Source: Saccostrea echinata
Lineage: Eukaryota
Length of the DNA stretch: 64,000 nt
Reading direction: 5' to 3'
Assembly (NCBI RefSeq): GCF_033153115.1
Contig: NW_026889779.1
Coordinates: 8,432,001 to 8,496,000, forward strand
Under the pieces are notes generated by a model. The model worked only from the letters and a program-made list of their open reading frames with translations. It was not told where the DNA came from and searched no databases. The translations under genes and the position numbers were made by a program. Positions 50,085-63,958 of the stretch are shown here, one piece after another. The stretch's first letter is position 1. The number at the start of each line of letters is the position of its first letter.

Positions 50085-53000
50085 GTATGTAAAATATGCT
50101 GAATTAAGTCAACATTTTCAAAAAAAGTATAAGAGAATTTTCAAAGTTAATTTCATGTATGATTTTTTGAGTTAAGTTGATTTCAAATATGTTGCGCAAT
50201 ATACATGTAGAAGTGAATTTGCGGGAATATTAGTTTAATGGGCTACATGTATACATATGTAGAATCATTTGTATATGACTGTCATTTTTAAGTACATTAA
50301 GATCTCTGTTTATTTAAAATATTCATCCTTGTGTTCTCGCAAAATTCTCCATATCTCACCTGACAATGCAACAGAATTCATTTCGTATACATCAAGTGTT
50401 ATTGTCATCAGTACGTTGTGCAATGATCAGATTTATGCAATCCATCATTGTGTTTAAATTGAGCCATTGTCCAAAGAGAGTGACAATCCAACTCTCTAAA
50501 TGGCACCGGAAATGATAGATTTCCCGTCATTCCCTATTTCTATTCTGTTTCTGTGCCATACACGGTATAGCCATTAGAAACTCCACCTTTGTAATTTGCA
50601 CTACGCCCGTGATGTATTTGTCCATTATTATTAGCATGTACCTATTTCTCACTAAACATAAAAAGATAATTATCTTAATTCGCTCTCATCTCAACGTACC
50701 AGATGGAGAAATTCTGTTTTTTATCGACTTGAAATTTCTGTTTGATTCCATTTTTACGGTAACCGACCTTTCTCTTTTTATATAATTAAGTCCAGGACAA
50801 TTTTCTGAGGTTCATTTATCCAGCTGAGATCCTCAAACAATATTGGGTTAAGATATTCACGATTTTTAAAAGGAAGGTAATTAATTTTGATATAAGTACA
50901 TGTTACACGGTGTAAATGTATGATTTAGATCGTAATGTAATTTTAATTGATCGCCATAAGAGTCCTATCATGCTAGAACTTACAGAGTAAAGATCGGCCT
51001 TGAAGGCGTATTTCAGCAATTTTAATATTACTTTTTTGAGAGATTACTTGTAATTTTAAATATATATAAGCTGTATTCAATTTAAGATGTAAGATATGAT
51101 ATATATAAATTATTTAATCCTTAAAGTAAGAATGAGTTTAATTCGTCTGTGTTAATCATTCCCATACACTAGTAAGTGTAATGTAATGAGATCATAGAGA
51201 CCTCTCTTTAACTCTATTTTTAAAGGAATCTTCATGATAATTTTTCTAGATAATTATTTTGCAATAGAGATCCAGGGGCTATATCAATTATTTGACATTA
51301 GAAACAATCAATAAAATCTTCAAAATTGTGCAATTCATTCCAATTATCACGCCTGAGGACAAAAAAGATGGTGATTGTGTTGACGATCTCGCATTGGGTT
51401 TTATCAGCAAAGATGTTCAAGAATTCATCAAATGCAATCAAGCAAAGCCTGGTTCTGCGAAATCACCATGTTTTCGCTGAGGTAGCTAGAACAGAAGCTA
51501 TGGTGACAGGGCTTTAGCCTTCACTCCTTTGTCTTCAGTAATCAACATCGAGTAAACAAAAGGAGGCAGGCACATAAAGGTTTTCTCGATATGTGCAACA
51601 GATTTAGCAAAAGTTTTCACTGAACATATCAAATTGAATAGTGTATCCACAGGCATTTTCAGTAACGACAAAAAGATAAAGATCGAAGAGTATATTAGTT
51701 TTTCTTTTTATTAATTGCGATGACAAGGTTACAATTTCAATGTTGTTTTCTTAGGGAAAAAAGCAGTAAAATGTATGCCTCAAAAAAAGTACACGTACTT
51801 TCAAATTACAAAACCTAAAATATCTTCATGATAAGATCTGAAATGCCTCACAGAATAAAAAATCAAAAAAGAAAGAAAAAGACCCACACAAAATAGTGTG
51901 TAGTTAATTCTAGATGTTTTTCTGAGAGGATTTTTACTTCTTCAATATTTGAAAATGCCAAATTGCTATGACAGTTCTGGTTATTTTCACATTTTCACAT
52001 TCTACAATTAAGAATAATTTTTAAGAAAAGTGAAAGTACACTTTAGACACTTATATGTGTCAATTTCAATTTAACACGTACAGCGAATGTGTTGGAAATA
52101 TCAGTTCAAGTGGTAATCTATCCCTTGTAAGATATGAGAATCCCATTACAGTGAAAGGCAGTAAGTGGAACATAAAAGAAATCAGTCAAAATTTCAATGT
52201 CTGAATCCTTCGTGATTGTCTTGTTTTGTTTACAACCATCTTCATAATACATTTTGTTTTAGAAAGGAACAACCCAGGACCCATTGCTCATTGAATGAGC
52301 ACAATGTGTATTTCATGTTTTAATTACCGCGGGATGTAAGGAATAAGCACAACGGCGATCACCAACATGCCTTTTATTAAAGAAACGAATGTATACGAAT
52401 GCCATCTGTCAAAATTTGTGTTCACAGAACATTATACCATTTAAGTTATGTACCGACAAAATGTCAGAGATGTCAATTTGTTGTATTTGTAAAGGGATTA
52501 AAAATAACTTGTATTTCCAGAACTTTATTGAAAACTAGTTGCTTTGTCAAGTAGATTCTTGTCTTAAGATACAATGTATTTTAAAATTTCTGTATCCCAG
52601 AAGCCAGCAAATCATTAATCAACTAAATATATTAGTGTGCACATATACATGTGGACAACTTAGATTTTGTTGTATGCATGTGGCCAGGGAATTCACTTAT
52701 AGTACAACACGGGAATTGCCCATTTGTTCATAATCGCCTTATACAATTAGAATTCTACATTTATAAATCAATCATTTGTTAACATGAGCATAGAAATAGT
52801 AGATATTAATATAAAATCGTATTTAAACTATAAAATACATGAAAAAGAAATAATGGTGTCTTTCCGAGTGAATAAAAAATTAGTCTTTGCTTCTTAGTAG
52901 TACATGTACCAGCACTGTCACGTCAGTACATGTTTTCACCTCGAACAAAGGATTTACCTAGCTCGGCACCAAATCTCATGGTACTTGGAAAAAGTTTACC

Positions 53001-53388
53001 AACATATGCCAGTGGCTCATTTAGCATGCGAACTTATTCTGACGTCTAAAAAATTGGTTTCCTTGTTCTTTTTATAAAGGAAAAGATCAAACTGGATTTT
53101 ACAATGTTTTAATCACAAACATCTGAGCGCGGTAAGGTATATTGTTCCTCTCATATATGGGTGGATTTTGATGTAAAGAAGAAAAAAATATAACCAGCCC
53201 AAAGATATGTACCTAACTGCGCTTGCGTATTTTGAGGGCTCTCAAAAATGGGGCGGGGCTGAAAGTCAGTGGGGATTCGATGTACTAGTAAACAGCGACC
53301 TCTATCTGAAATAAAGATATAAAATTATACATGTACCTTCCATGTGTCCTTTTTTATTTTCGGTTAAAAAGGTATTCCATGATGGTAA

Positions 53389-53817
53389 GGCCAAATAAAA
53401 AAAATATGTGTGGTTCCGGTTACCCGACCTTCCCTGTTTTATACCCCCGACCCTAAACTTTTTTTTGGCAATTTTCATATTTTTTGCGGAATTTTCCCCG
53501 ATTTCCATTAATGGCTCCAGTTTAAGTTTTAGTTTCAGCAATGACAGCCTCCTTGCAAAACATAGTGCAAGTGTTTAATATTGTTAAATCCAAAGCAAGC
53601 TAGCATGTAGGTGTCCCCTACCAATATTGACTAGTATATTATCACACCTCATCTAAATACCATTTGCAAAGCAGTGATAGGTATTATTTAGAAAAAATTA
53701 AGAAAATCATTTTGTTAAAAAAAAAAAAAAATAAATAAAAATAAAAAATTTCTCTACCTACCTACCCTAATTTTTTTGGAAGTGTAACCGGAACCACACA
53801 TATTTTTTTGTTTGGCC
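53389..53817. mobile_element. MITE with about 35-bp TIRs and TAA TSD (Zator- or Harbinger-like) in CCKR intron 1
   Basis: TAA|GGCCAAATAAAAAAATATGTGTGGTTCCGGTTAC ... GTAACCGGAACCACACATATTTTTTTGTTTGGCC|TAA. Confidence 0.88.
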
Positions 53818-55463
53818 TAAACATATCAAGGAATAGTTACATAAAAAAATAAGTGTAAAATGAAGATTTTATTGTCAATCTACCGGGGGCACACCATCCT
53901 TTTCCAGAGATTGCTTTTAACTTGATAATTCTATAAATAAATGGTAGTCATTCATCTCGGTGAGAATTACCAACCTTAAAAGAACGACATAAAACAAGTA
54001 TACAACTGTTGTAACTCGATGAAGCATTTCCAAAGTCCTGGATCCATCCGTGCATATAAGTCTTATAGTTATTTTTACTAGATGTATAATGAAAACTTTA
54101 CAACCCTTTACTGGTTAAAAAAATTATTGAAAACAAGTAGTCGGGGGTATTTTAATATACTGTGAATAAATACATGTATCCGTTAGAAAATGAAATTTAT
54201 GTCTGAAGTTAAAAAAAACAAAACAATTTAAACGTTGTATCTAATATGAAATACTTAAATGTCATGCAAAAAGATATGCATATTAAGTTTACCACCCTGA
54301 GAGACCAAGTGATATTACGATTGATCGCCTTTTAATTGTTTAAATTTCACCGGAAACTATGGGATACATGTATTCCTACGCCATCCCTGTGACCGTGGTA
54401 CATCTATGTTTATTCTTTCTTATTAAAATAGAATCCTAAACTTTATGATACATTTAAATTAAATTCCGTTTCAAGATTTTTTTTTTTGCCATTTGCATAT
54501 TTTACATGTATATAGAACCGTCGTTTTAGATGACTAAGCTCCTCTATATAGGGCTTGAGTAAAATATCAAATTCTGTCTCCAAGAAATGACCTCTCTGTT
54601 TTTCTGGTGGCTTTCGAAAATTAGTTATTTTTGACGGTGATTAGTTCTGAATGGTCCATTTGCATAGCTGTTAATGATCCTAGTAATGACCCATGGCAGT
54701 ATTAAATGACCATAGACGTATAATACTATGTTCCTCTTCATCTCAGTTTGGTCACGTGGGTTAGAATACTTCATTTGTCATTGGGCTTTAATATGAAAGG
54801 GTGACATGCAAATCCACTGTGGTCAATGTCAAACGAATACTAGGCTCCCTCGTAACCGGTTAATCAACCCTTCCATAGGAATACATTTAACCCTACTTTC
54901 CTTATTAACGAAAGTATTATTCCTTCATAACTGTGGCTTATATTTAAGCTATGTGAAGAATTAAGTTCTATTCTTTTAAGCGAATTGAACATAACTCTGT
55001 GTAGCTCAGTGAAATTAAGACTATATTACAATTAATTATTTTTATTTTCAGAGTTAAGTAATTTTAGATGTCTTACATGTATATCTATTTACAGATGTAG
55101 AAAAGTTTTTTTCGTTTGGTTTCTGTTTGTTTTTTTTTTTGTTTGTTTTTTTTTGTTTGTTTGTTGTTTGGTTTTTTTTTTTGGTTTTTGTTTTTGTAAA
55201 AGCAGTATGAGAAAGTTAAGAACACGGATTTGGATTCATTTCAAGATGGCATTTTAACGACACCAAGATATACTCCATTGAAAGTGCAATTTTCATTTCT
55301 GCGCCACAAACTGAATTTGTTTTACATACGAAGCTATTGCGCTCTACTAGTTCTTTTCATTTTTTCCAGAGAGCGACAGATCTGTACATTTATGTTTTAT
55401 AACGACATTTATGCTGGAATCATCGGTAAAATACGGGAGATGGTTTTAGTCTATTTGAATTAA

Positions 55464-55786
55464 GGGTACATACCACAAACAAAAATTTGATGCATGGATT
55501 GATATATATTTTTTGACTGATTTTGAATGGAAATGACATAAATAATCAATCCCTAAAATATAAAGTAATCGTTAGTTTTCTTTGGTGCTTAGATAGGTGA
55601 CTTTATGTCGTTTTCTACGTAATTATGTACATGTACAACATTTTGCACATGTTTTTGACATTGCGACAAAATCTTACAAATTTCTCCCACACTACCCAGA
55701 AAATATCATTAAGGGTACCTATTTGGATATTAATCTATGATAAATATTGCTGATTTCTGAAAAAAGTTTGTTTGTGTTATTTATCC
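55464..55786. mobile_element. Kolobok-like MITE with TTAA TSD in CCKR intron 1
   Basis: TTAA|GGGTACATACCACAAACAAA ... TTTGTTTGTGTTATTTATCC|TTAA, with purine-purine termini. Confidence 0.72.
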
Positions 55787-58722
55787 TTAAGACACCCTTC
55801 TAAGAAATATACGTACATGTACCCAAATATACAGGAATTCCAATGACCTGACTGAAGGGTATGGACATTTAAGGAATGAAATCCACGACATTTAAGGAGT
55901 GAAATCCAACGATATTTTTTCATAATTAATTATTTCATTAATTAATACTCTGCTTTTATTAGTACAGACGTATTTACTTTGTTTCCTGTTGTACAGTGTA
56001 CATACTGCAGTTATTACTGGACAGAAATGTCGTCCATACAATCTCGATTGTATTCATCATCAGTGTCCCTTAACCACAGAGTCCCAGATGGTTGTACAAT
56101 ACTTAATTGGTAGAGATAATGGAGTATGCTGATAATCTATTAACCCAGCTTAAAACTGCGGCAGACGTCATAGCGGCAGCTTTATTATCATGGTAGGGAA
56201 CCATGAACTAGATAAGTACTTCTTGTACCATTGTGAAGGTCACTACAATGATTCGGTACTATCAAATGATGAAAAATACCATAAAAAATCTCATCATTCT
56301 TTCCTCATTTCCTCATAAAAAGCTACTTCATAAAAATAATGTAAAAAAAAAAGAAGAAGTCAATATTAAGGTTTTTTATTGATAAATAAAACCAAGCCAA
56401 AGTGATTTTACAGTAAATGTACAAAGATGGAAAACCTGCGTGACGTTATTGTGGGGATTAATAAACCCATTTTAGAAAATATAAGTCGTAACTTTGAACT
56501 AAGAATTCAATGAAAACTATTCGTATCATACCCTTTTCCAGTGAAGGTAACTGCGAACTGTCCCTTTTCTGATAATTTATCCTTTTTGTGTTACTATGCA
56601 ATTGACACAATGGATTTTCAATAAAGCAGCATGAGTGATGTATTTTGTCCGTAAAGATTCAAAATCCATTAATTTTCTGACAAGCACAAGGAAATATGAT
56701 AGATTGAATCCCCTTTATAAAATAATATTTTAAATTGTAAATCGATAAAACCACGAGGAAGAGTTTTCGACCCAAAACAAATCTCCTTAAATCATTTTAT
56801 TATTCCTGGTTAATTTACTGTTTTCACGCTTTACGAAATTAAAAGAAAAAAAATGCATTTTTACTTACATGTATAGTTAATTAAATCTTTCTGGAAAAAT
56901 TTATGAACATCATGGGAAATGAACCATATAATAAAATGTATATATGAAATTTTGTACATAACTGTTCAAATTCATAGCAACTTCAAAACTCTAGTCTTTC
57001 TATGCTCTTTTTCTCCTGCCATTGTACAGGGTATACGTGTATAATACAACAATTCCCATTACTTTGAAACAAGTGATAGCTAATATTATAGTACCCAATT
57101 TTACTCAAACAAAATATATCGGATATCAAGGTGAAATATCACTCTGCTCTGAATTTCATCAATTTTTATTTAAAATTCTCAACATAGATTTTCATCAACA
57201 ACAATAGCATTAGATTCAAATGGAAAATAGTTTGAAGTATGAAGCGTTGATTACTTTTTAAGAAATGAATATTATGTTCTAATTATGATATGAAAAAAAT
57301 GAGAGAGTGAATAGAAAGATCAATATTTTTTTTTTATCTCAACATTAAATTAAAAAATTATGAGGTATATTTTAAAATAATTTTTACTGTCATACGTATT
57401 TAATTCCTATTAGAAAACATAATGAAGCGTTACTTTTGAAACCAGAATATAACATTGTTTTCAGTGCTTGTAAAAAAAAAATGCATCCATCTTCAAGATT
57501 TATCTTTCCATCTACAGGAGTTAACTTTCTTTAAAATATTTTTATGAGGGAAAAAGTATTAAATATTTGATTATAAAAAAGCTGCATCTGATACATGATA
57601 AATTACTGTAACAATTAAAAGAATACTAGTAGATAGAAACATTTCAAGTTTAAAGAACTGAGTACAAAAGTTCTAGGTATATTATTTTAAGTAATTATTA
57701 AAAATATTGGCAAAAGAAAATAGAAATCAATATTTGAAACATATTTCAACTTCAATTACTCATTAGTAAACTCTGGTAAGACAATTCATTGGATTGTTTA
57801 AAATAATTTCCTTGAAAAGTTATCTCTCTTATCAGAGGGACATTTCATCTTAAATTGCCAATTCTGGAAAGTTGGGTTTTTCACTATAATACAAAAGTTT
57901 TAAAGTTGCTGTCAAATTTGATTGACGCTAACTATACTTATACCACGCGAAACCCCTTTCTCTCTATTATTATGTCCCTTCATTAGAAACCTTTCCCCCA
58001 GTAAATTATCCTACAGCATCGACAATTCGTCTCGAGAAGTAATTTTTTTTAAAAAATGAAGTTCCTGCTTCAGAATGTAAATTATAATCTTCTTTACTAC
58101 CTCTGACAATATTTCCTTCTATAAAATTTCTTTCTTTTTAATCAGATTTGTGTGCTATACGATAAGTCCTCATGTGAAACACCAACTACAAACACTTAGC
58201 AGCATATGAAGAAGTAATATGATTGATTTTCTAGTTTGATCTTGATGAATGATACAGTTTGAGGCAAAAAGAAACCTTATGGCGCCTCAAGACGTCCGCA
58301 AAGACATCTATTATTTCTTTTTTAAATAGTCTTCTTTTCCCACACAGTCTCCATTATTTTGACAATATTTTTACACTGGTTGTACACTGTATTTTTTTCT
58401 TTTATAAATGTATTGTCTAATGTCAATTGTCTGATCAAACTCTTCAATGAATTAATTTCAGAAGAGTATGCAATACATTACTTTTAAAGACATGCACTTG
58501 TAACGAAATTCCCAGAGTACTCAAAGGATAAATATCTCTTATTGTGAGAATTGCAACCTCGGCATTTTTTTTAAAGATTACGTGCCAACCATAAAATCTC
58601 GAGATTCATAGTAGCAAATGTACCATAGAACTATTTTTTTGAGAATTAAAATAATGAAACATCATCATGATTGCTGAAAGAATAATAGAAAACATTTAAC
58701 AACCCTCTTTTAATCATCCAGT

Positions 58723-58758
<36 letters not shown>

Positions 58759-60380
58759 GTGGGGAAGTGAGATTATTGCAAAGTTTCAAATTCATCCATT
58801 TTCATTTTCAAATCTACATGATATAGAGAATTCACCACGGGAGAACTCGGAAGTTGACCTACCACTGGTGGGATGCGATTAGCTGAGAATCTCGATAAAT
58901 ATTCCATTATACATATCTCCCAGTAAAAGGAATTACAAACATGCTTTCCATTAAGTGAGATAAGCTTTTTTGTATACATAATTTATTTTTGTACCGCATA
59001 GGAATGTTCCACCGAACGCTTTTGAATTTTTCGTATTACAGTTTGCTTGTTTTTTTTCCTCCCCCCTCCCCACCCCCTGAGGAAAGGTGCCTATCTTATA
59101 AACATTTTCTCTCAAATAACAAAATATTTATTGGAGGAAAATATGGAAGACGCAACAGAGTTTTCAAAACATTTGTATTTATTACTTTTTAAGAGGTCGG
59201 GCGTGAATTCATGAATAAAGACTTTTCATGTAATTTTTATAGGTTGTATCAATTTTATGTTTCCTCAGTTCAAGTTTTGAATATTTTGTTTGTTTCACAT
59301 GTTCACTTAAATTTGTCAATGAAAGCTTGAGTTAGATTACAAATGTTCAAACTATTAAACCAAGGTCTCTCAGAGTCCCCATCTGTTTGCCATGTACTTA
59401 AGACTGGGAGTTATAGAGGAGTTCATGACAAAATGATAATTGAAAAAGAACAGTATTGTCCAACTCTGACATATGAGTCGCTGCATTACATTTCAAAGGG
59501 AGTCATGTCTTTCACAGTATTTTAGTCCTAAGGTTCCTAAATAAAAAAAAAATCTTAAATACATGAAAGCGGTGTTTATGTTACAATGTTATCAAGGAAT
59601 TAAATGGCCTATACAATGACGTCACTGCTGAAATTTGATTGTAGCTAGTTAAGAAATGAGGACTTGTCAATGTGCACCATACTTACTCCATAATGTAATC
59701 AATTGACACTTTATTTTTCATCACGTTGCACTCAGCCCGAGGTATTTCTAATTACTATAATGTGAAAGGATCCCGAAGGACTTCCATTCGACTGTTTTGC
59801 TCTTCCGTAGGGCTAAAATCCAGCGACAATTCTTTAATAATTCATAGGAATAAGACAAAAATGCAATATCGCATGCTCCTGAAAGTGATTTCCGTACACA
59901 ACAATTAAAGTCTGGTGGCTACGACACAGCTCGCGTGGGAGAATACAACACGTTCTTTTCACGAGCTTCATTAGTACTTTAATATGGTTTCGTAAGATAT
60001 ACCATTCCGTCGCTGAAGTGATGAAGATGAATTATTACTCTGAGGTTTTAATTTACAACTTCAACACACTGTTAATGAATATCACGATAAATTTGCATTT
60101 TTTCCTTTATCATTGATACTGTACAAGTATCTCCAAAAAGTCGGTAGGAGGCATTTGTTTTGGCATGGTGTGTCTCTGTCTAGTTGTCTGCCTATTTGTC
60201 TGTTAGAAAAATCATTCACCATTGCTCAGTACTCGCTTGCATGTCGTAATCTTAATTCAAAGTCATATACATGTCAAGGTCTCTGGACAATAAGAAATTA
60301 AAATCGTGTCCTAGCTATAACAGGACTCCTTGCGTGAAATGAATTCAAACACGAGTAATTGTGCAACGTTGCAAATTACT

Positions 60381-60610
60381 TTGATTGATTGTATGTTGTT
60401 TAATATCCCAGTCGACAATGTTTCACCTCTGTAGAGACGTCCTTGCTTTGAGTTTGACCTATGCCAACGAGGGTTCTTTACTCATCGTGCCGACGCCTAC
60501 TATCACACGGGACCTCGGTTTTAAGGTCTCTTTCGAAAGAACTGAGACTTTCACTTTTAATGGCCGAGCCTTTTGGGAAGGAACAGGAATCATGATTTAA
60601 ACATATTTGA
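60381..60610 (-). mobile_element. 5'-truncated, degenerate relative of the tRNA SINE at 21789
   Basis: Shares GATTGATTGTAT.TTGTTT, AGAGACGTC, GAGGGTTCTTTA..ATCGTGCC and CACGGG.CCTC.GTTTT. The tRNA head is missing. Confidence 0.72.
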
Positions 60611-60639
60611 ACCTTTACTTCCTGAAAATATCTGATTAT

Positions 60640-60915
60640 AATTAATTGCAAACCTGAATCTACACTAAGTCAAGAAGCTTTCATACAAGTTTCATCTTTT
60701 CTGATCCGGTGGTTCTTGAGATGATTTTTAAATGACCACACCCTGTTTTTGGTTTTTCTTGAATTTTCAAAAGGGGCATTGTTCTTCACTTGAACAAAAA
60801 TGCATTATCTTCAGCTAAGGATACTTTGAGGCAAGTCTGTTGAAATAGGTAGTTGAAAAAATGAAAAGTTTACGCACGACGGACAAAAACGGATAGCAAT
60901 AGGTCACAGGAGTGA
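60640..60915 (+). mobile_element. HINE 3' fragment
   Basis: TGAATCTACACT, GGTTCTTGAGA, TTGAACAAA and ACGACGGAC, homologous to the 40281 family. Confidence 0.6.
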
Positions 60916-60934
60916 ATAGTGTGTTGTTGTTAAT

Positions 60935-61006
60935 TTTGAATTTACCGGGTGTGAGTAAATACAAAACTTGCAAATTTTGTATTTACTGCCATTCGGTAAA
61001 TTCAAA
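60935..61006. repeat. 72-bp hairpin/palindrome
   Basis: TTTGAATTTACCG pairs with CGGTAAATTCAAA, and AGTAAATACAAAA pairs with TTTTGTATTTACT. Confidence 0.85.
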
Positions 61007-63349
61007 TTTTGCAAAATATATGACAACTTGACAAGTACAGTCAATCACCTAAAATATGACCATCGATTAAGCCCTCCACTGTAACAATTATCTTTGCCTA
61101 TCATAACCAAATTTCTTATTGCTAACCCAATCGTGCTCAGAAAAGTAGTCATTGTTTTTTCAAGTAGAACATAATTTTTTTCTGATGATGGCCTTCCTTT
61201 CTATTACAACTGTTTGAAAATAAATATAAATGCTATTATTTTCTATCTTTAATCAATTTTCTTTGATGCAAATATTCCTCCAATGAAACTTCTAGGGGTA
61301 GTTGTTTATTAGGTTGCGAGCCAAAATTTTCAATCCTTAACTTCTTTTCTGTTGCTGTTTATATATACATGTATTATATAGAAAAGGTACTTGCTTGCCT
61401 TGCATTGTTTCAATATAATCCCCCAAAGATTACCGTCATTGATAGGGATTACTAAGTGATGTCAGAGGTAAAAGGAGGGTACTCGTACTTGTCTCTCACG
61501 CATATAGTACAGAATCGAAATGACCTTTTGACTTGCAGCTATCTTCACGGCAATTAAGATTTTGTTTATCCGAGTTTTGAATTTGACGTGATATTTTCAG
61601 CAATCTTAAGATTATCTTTTATATCGGTGTATTGTCATTAATTGCTTATAACAATACATTTATGTAGAATCAAATCCACATCGTACATCAGAAAAGTAAT
61701 CTAGGTTCATGACCCCTCTTATCTTGATTCACCCAAGGTCGGAATATTAGCGTCTTTATCTGTCTAGCACTGACCCTAGGACAAAACTAAGATCTCATTA
61801 ATTATAAACATGATAACAAGAACATTTTCTTATAGCAAATATGAAAATAGATTGGTTTGGAGCTACACACTAATCAAAAATACGGATAAAATTTCGTCTG
61901 TACTTCATTCCATCGAAGTCTGAAAAAAAAAGTTTTAAGACTTGAAATATGAAAAGCTGTAATAACTACCTCATTAAATCAAATGCTAAAATCGTGTAGA
62001 ACAGGCTTTAATTCATCTAGACATCTTCTAATCTCCACTCCATGAGCTCTTGTGAGGTGGCAGCTCCAGTAATGTCGTTGCTGCGGCTATTATGAGCATT
62101 AGACCCTGCAGGGCAATGAAAACAATTACTGAACACCGATTTAAACATTGCCATAATGACTGTCGGAGAAAAATATAATCGCTATTTACAAAATTACAAG
62201 TAAAAATTTCAGCTCTTTGTATTATGCAGGATCTTCGAATTCTTTCTTTTTTGCGAACTTTTAAATCTAAAACAAATATTCTCTCATAATTAGGTTTTCC
62301 AATTGAGCAGAGTAAATCTGTTCGGAGGAAAATCAAATAATAACTGAAGATCACTGTATCTAATGTATTTTCGAAGGCAATCTTTAGCCTGCAAATGAAA
62401 ACTGACTTCCATTAGTCCCACTTTACCTCTTTGATACAAAAATCGGTTCTTACAATGGTAATTGCAGCAAAAGACTCAAAACTCGAGTCACTAAAAAATT
62501 TAGGCACTAAACTGCTTGCATGTATCTATCAGGAGTCCAGATTTTTCAGGCAATACTTTCTGTGATAACGTTGATAGGAAATTTATGACATTTAAAAATG
62601 CATTTTCAATAAAAAATAATGTACTGAAGAAAAGAACTGGTCTTTTTCAAAACATTTCATTGAAAAGTGAGTTTTAGATAAGGTTTATTGGTGCAAGAAA
62701 CGGTATTTTTAGCAAAGAATTCATAGAAATTAAAAAAAAAAACAACAACAGAGAAAATCATAAAATTGGCAGGTGTTTGAAGAGTGGTGAGTTGTCATAA
62801 AAGACGGATTACTTTTCCAGAAAGAAGGATTTACCTGTAAGGATTAAGGAGTGTGTCTTCTTTCGCAAACATATGATTTATAGAATAAATGAAAAATAGG
62901 TTCTCTGAGGGAAGAAAAAAAAAACAAAGAAAACTCCGATATTATATACAACATGTACCTAAATGTTCCTTACGTAGAATATAACACCGACATATGGTTT
63001 TCATGGTAGAAAAGAAAAAATACTAAGCATATTAAACTTGATATGATTTACTTTCATTTTTGCGGCCATTATTATACAGTGTAAGTCGCTAACATTCGTT
63101 ACATTCATGTAAACTTTTAAAAAGCAAACTTAGAACAAAATCAGACTGTTTAAATAGAATGTATTTCAATGTATTATGCATTTTTTTGTCTTGTACATTG
63201 TATATTTTTATTTGTCAGTCAATCTAATGGTTCTTGCTCCATATTATATTCGGTATTATATAATTTTCACATTTACGTACATGTACACTCTTCGAAAGAT
63301 CGCATTGTTTATTTAACTTTTGAAACAAGCACCTATTATTTATTTTCAG

Positions 63350-63727
63350 CTGTCTCTGTGGGAGTGAGTTGTTTTACTATCGTCACGATTTCTCTCGAAA
63401 GATACTTCGCCATTGTTGAACCACTCAGATCTCGTCGATGGCAGACCCGATCTCACTCCTATAAGTGCATCCTAGGAATATGGCTTCTAGCCTTGACCTT
63501 GATGATCCCAATCGCCGCCTCACAGAAACTGATACAAATCGGAAACAAAGACCGCCATGCTTGTCGCGAAATTTGGCCAAAACACATGAGGACTGTTGAA
63601 ATTGTATACAGTGTTTCCTTATGCGCGATCTTGTTCATTATCCCCTTATTTATTATGGCGCTGGTTTATGGAAGAATTGCATTCAGGCTGTGGGCAGATA
63701 TCACTCAACAGGTCAATGACAATACAG
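63350..63727 (+). CDS. CCKR: CCK/sulfakinin-type receptor, coding exon 2 (TM3-TM5)
   Basis: Acceptor tattttcag. (A)VSVGVSCFTIVTISLERYFAIVEPLRSRRWQTRSHSYK contains the CCKR-type PLxSRxWQTxSH motif. Phase 1 matches exon 1 across a 13,265-bp intron. Donor G|GTAGGT. Confidence 0.93.
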
Positions 63728-63958
63728 GTAGGTTTCCAGATTACGAGGAAAAGATGAACAAAAGAAAAGACCATGCAGTATTGTTTCCTTGCTTGTAGCT
63801 CGCCTTTTTCATTGAACAACACGTCCATCCATATTTTGTTTTAAGGAAATTCAATTATTTGTTTCCTTTAATGAATACATTATGAGTTGTCTTGAAAGTT
63901 TACTTGAAATTAATTGCTTATTATGCTAAATAATACAGTAAGTTCATTAATGTTTTAG

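Noticed and set aside
51292-51530. Coding-looking patch in the CCKR intron, including RSYGDRA reminiscent of LINE ORF2 C-termini
   Set aside because: Too short and interrupted by stops; no further reverse-transcriptase similarity visible.
62028-62125. Minus-strand acceptor-like site (ttttcattgccctgcag|) suggesting an antisense exon in the CCKR intron
   Set aside because: No partner exon or recognisable product; a lone acceptor motif is weak evidence.
63169-63349. N-terminal part of ORF 63169-63798
   Set aside because: Intronic read-through. Receptor similarity starts at the acceptor at 63350 and ends at the donor at 63727.
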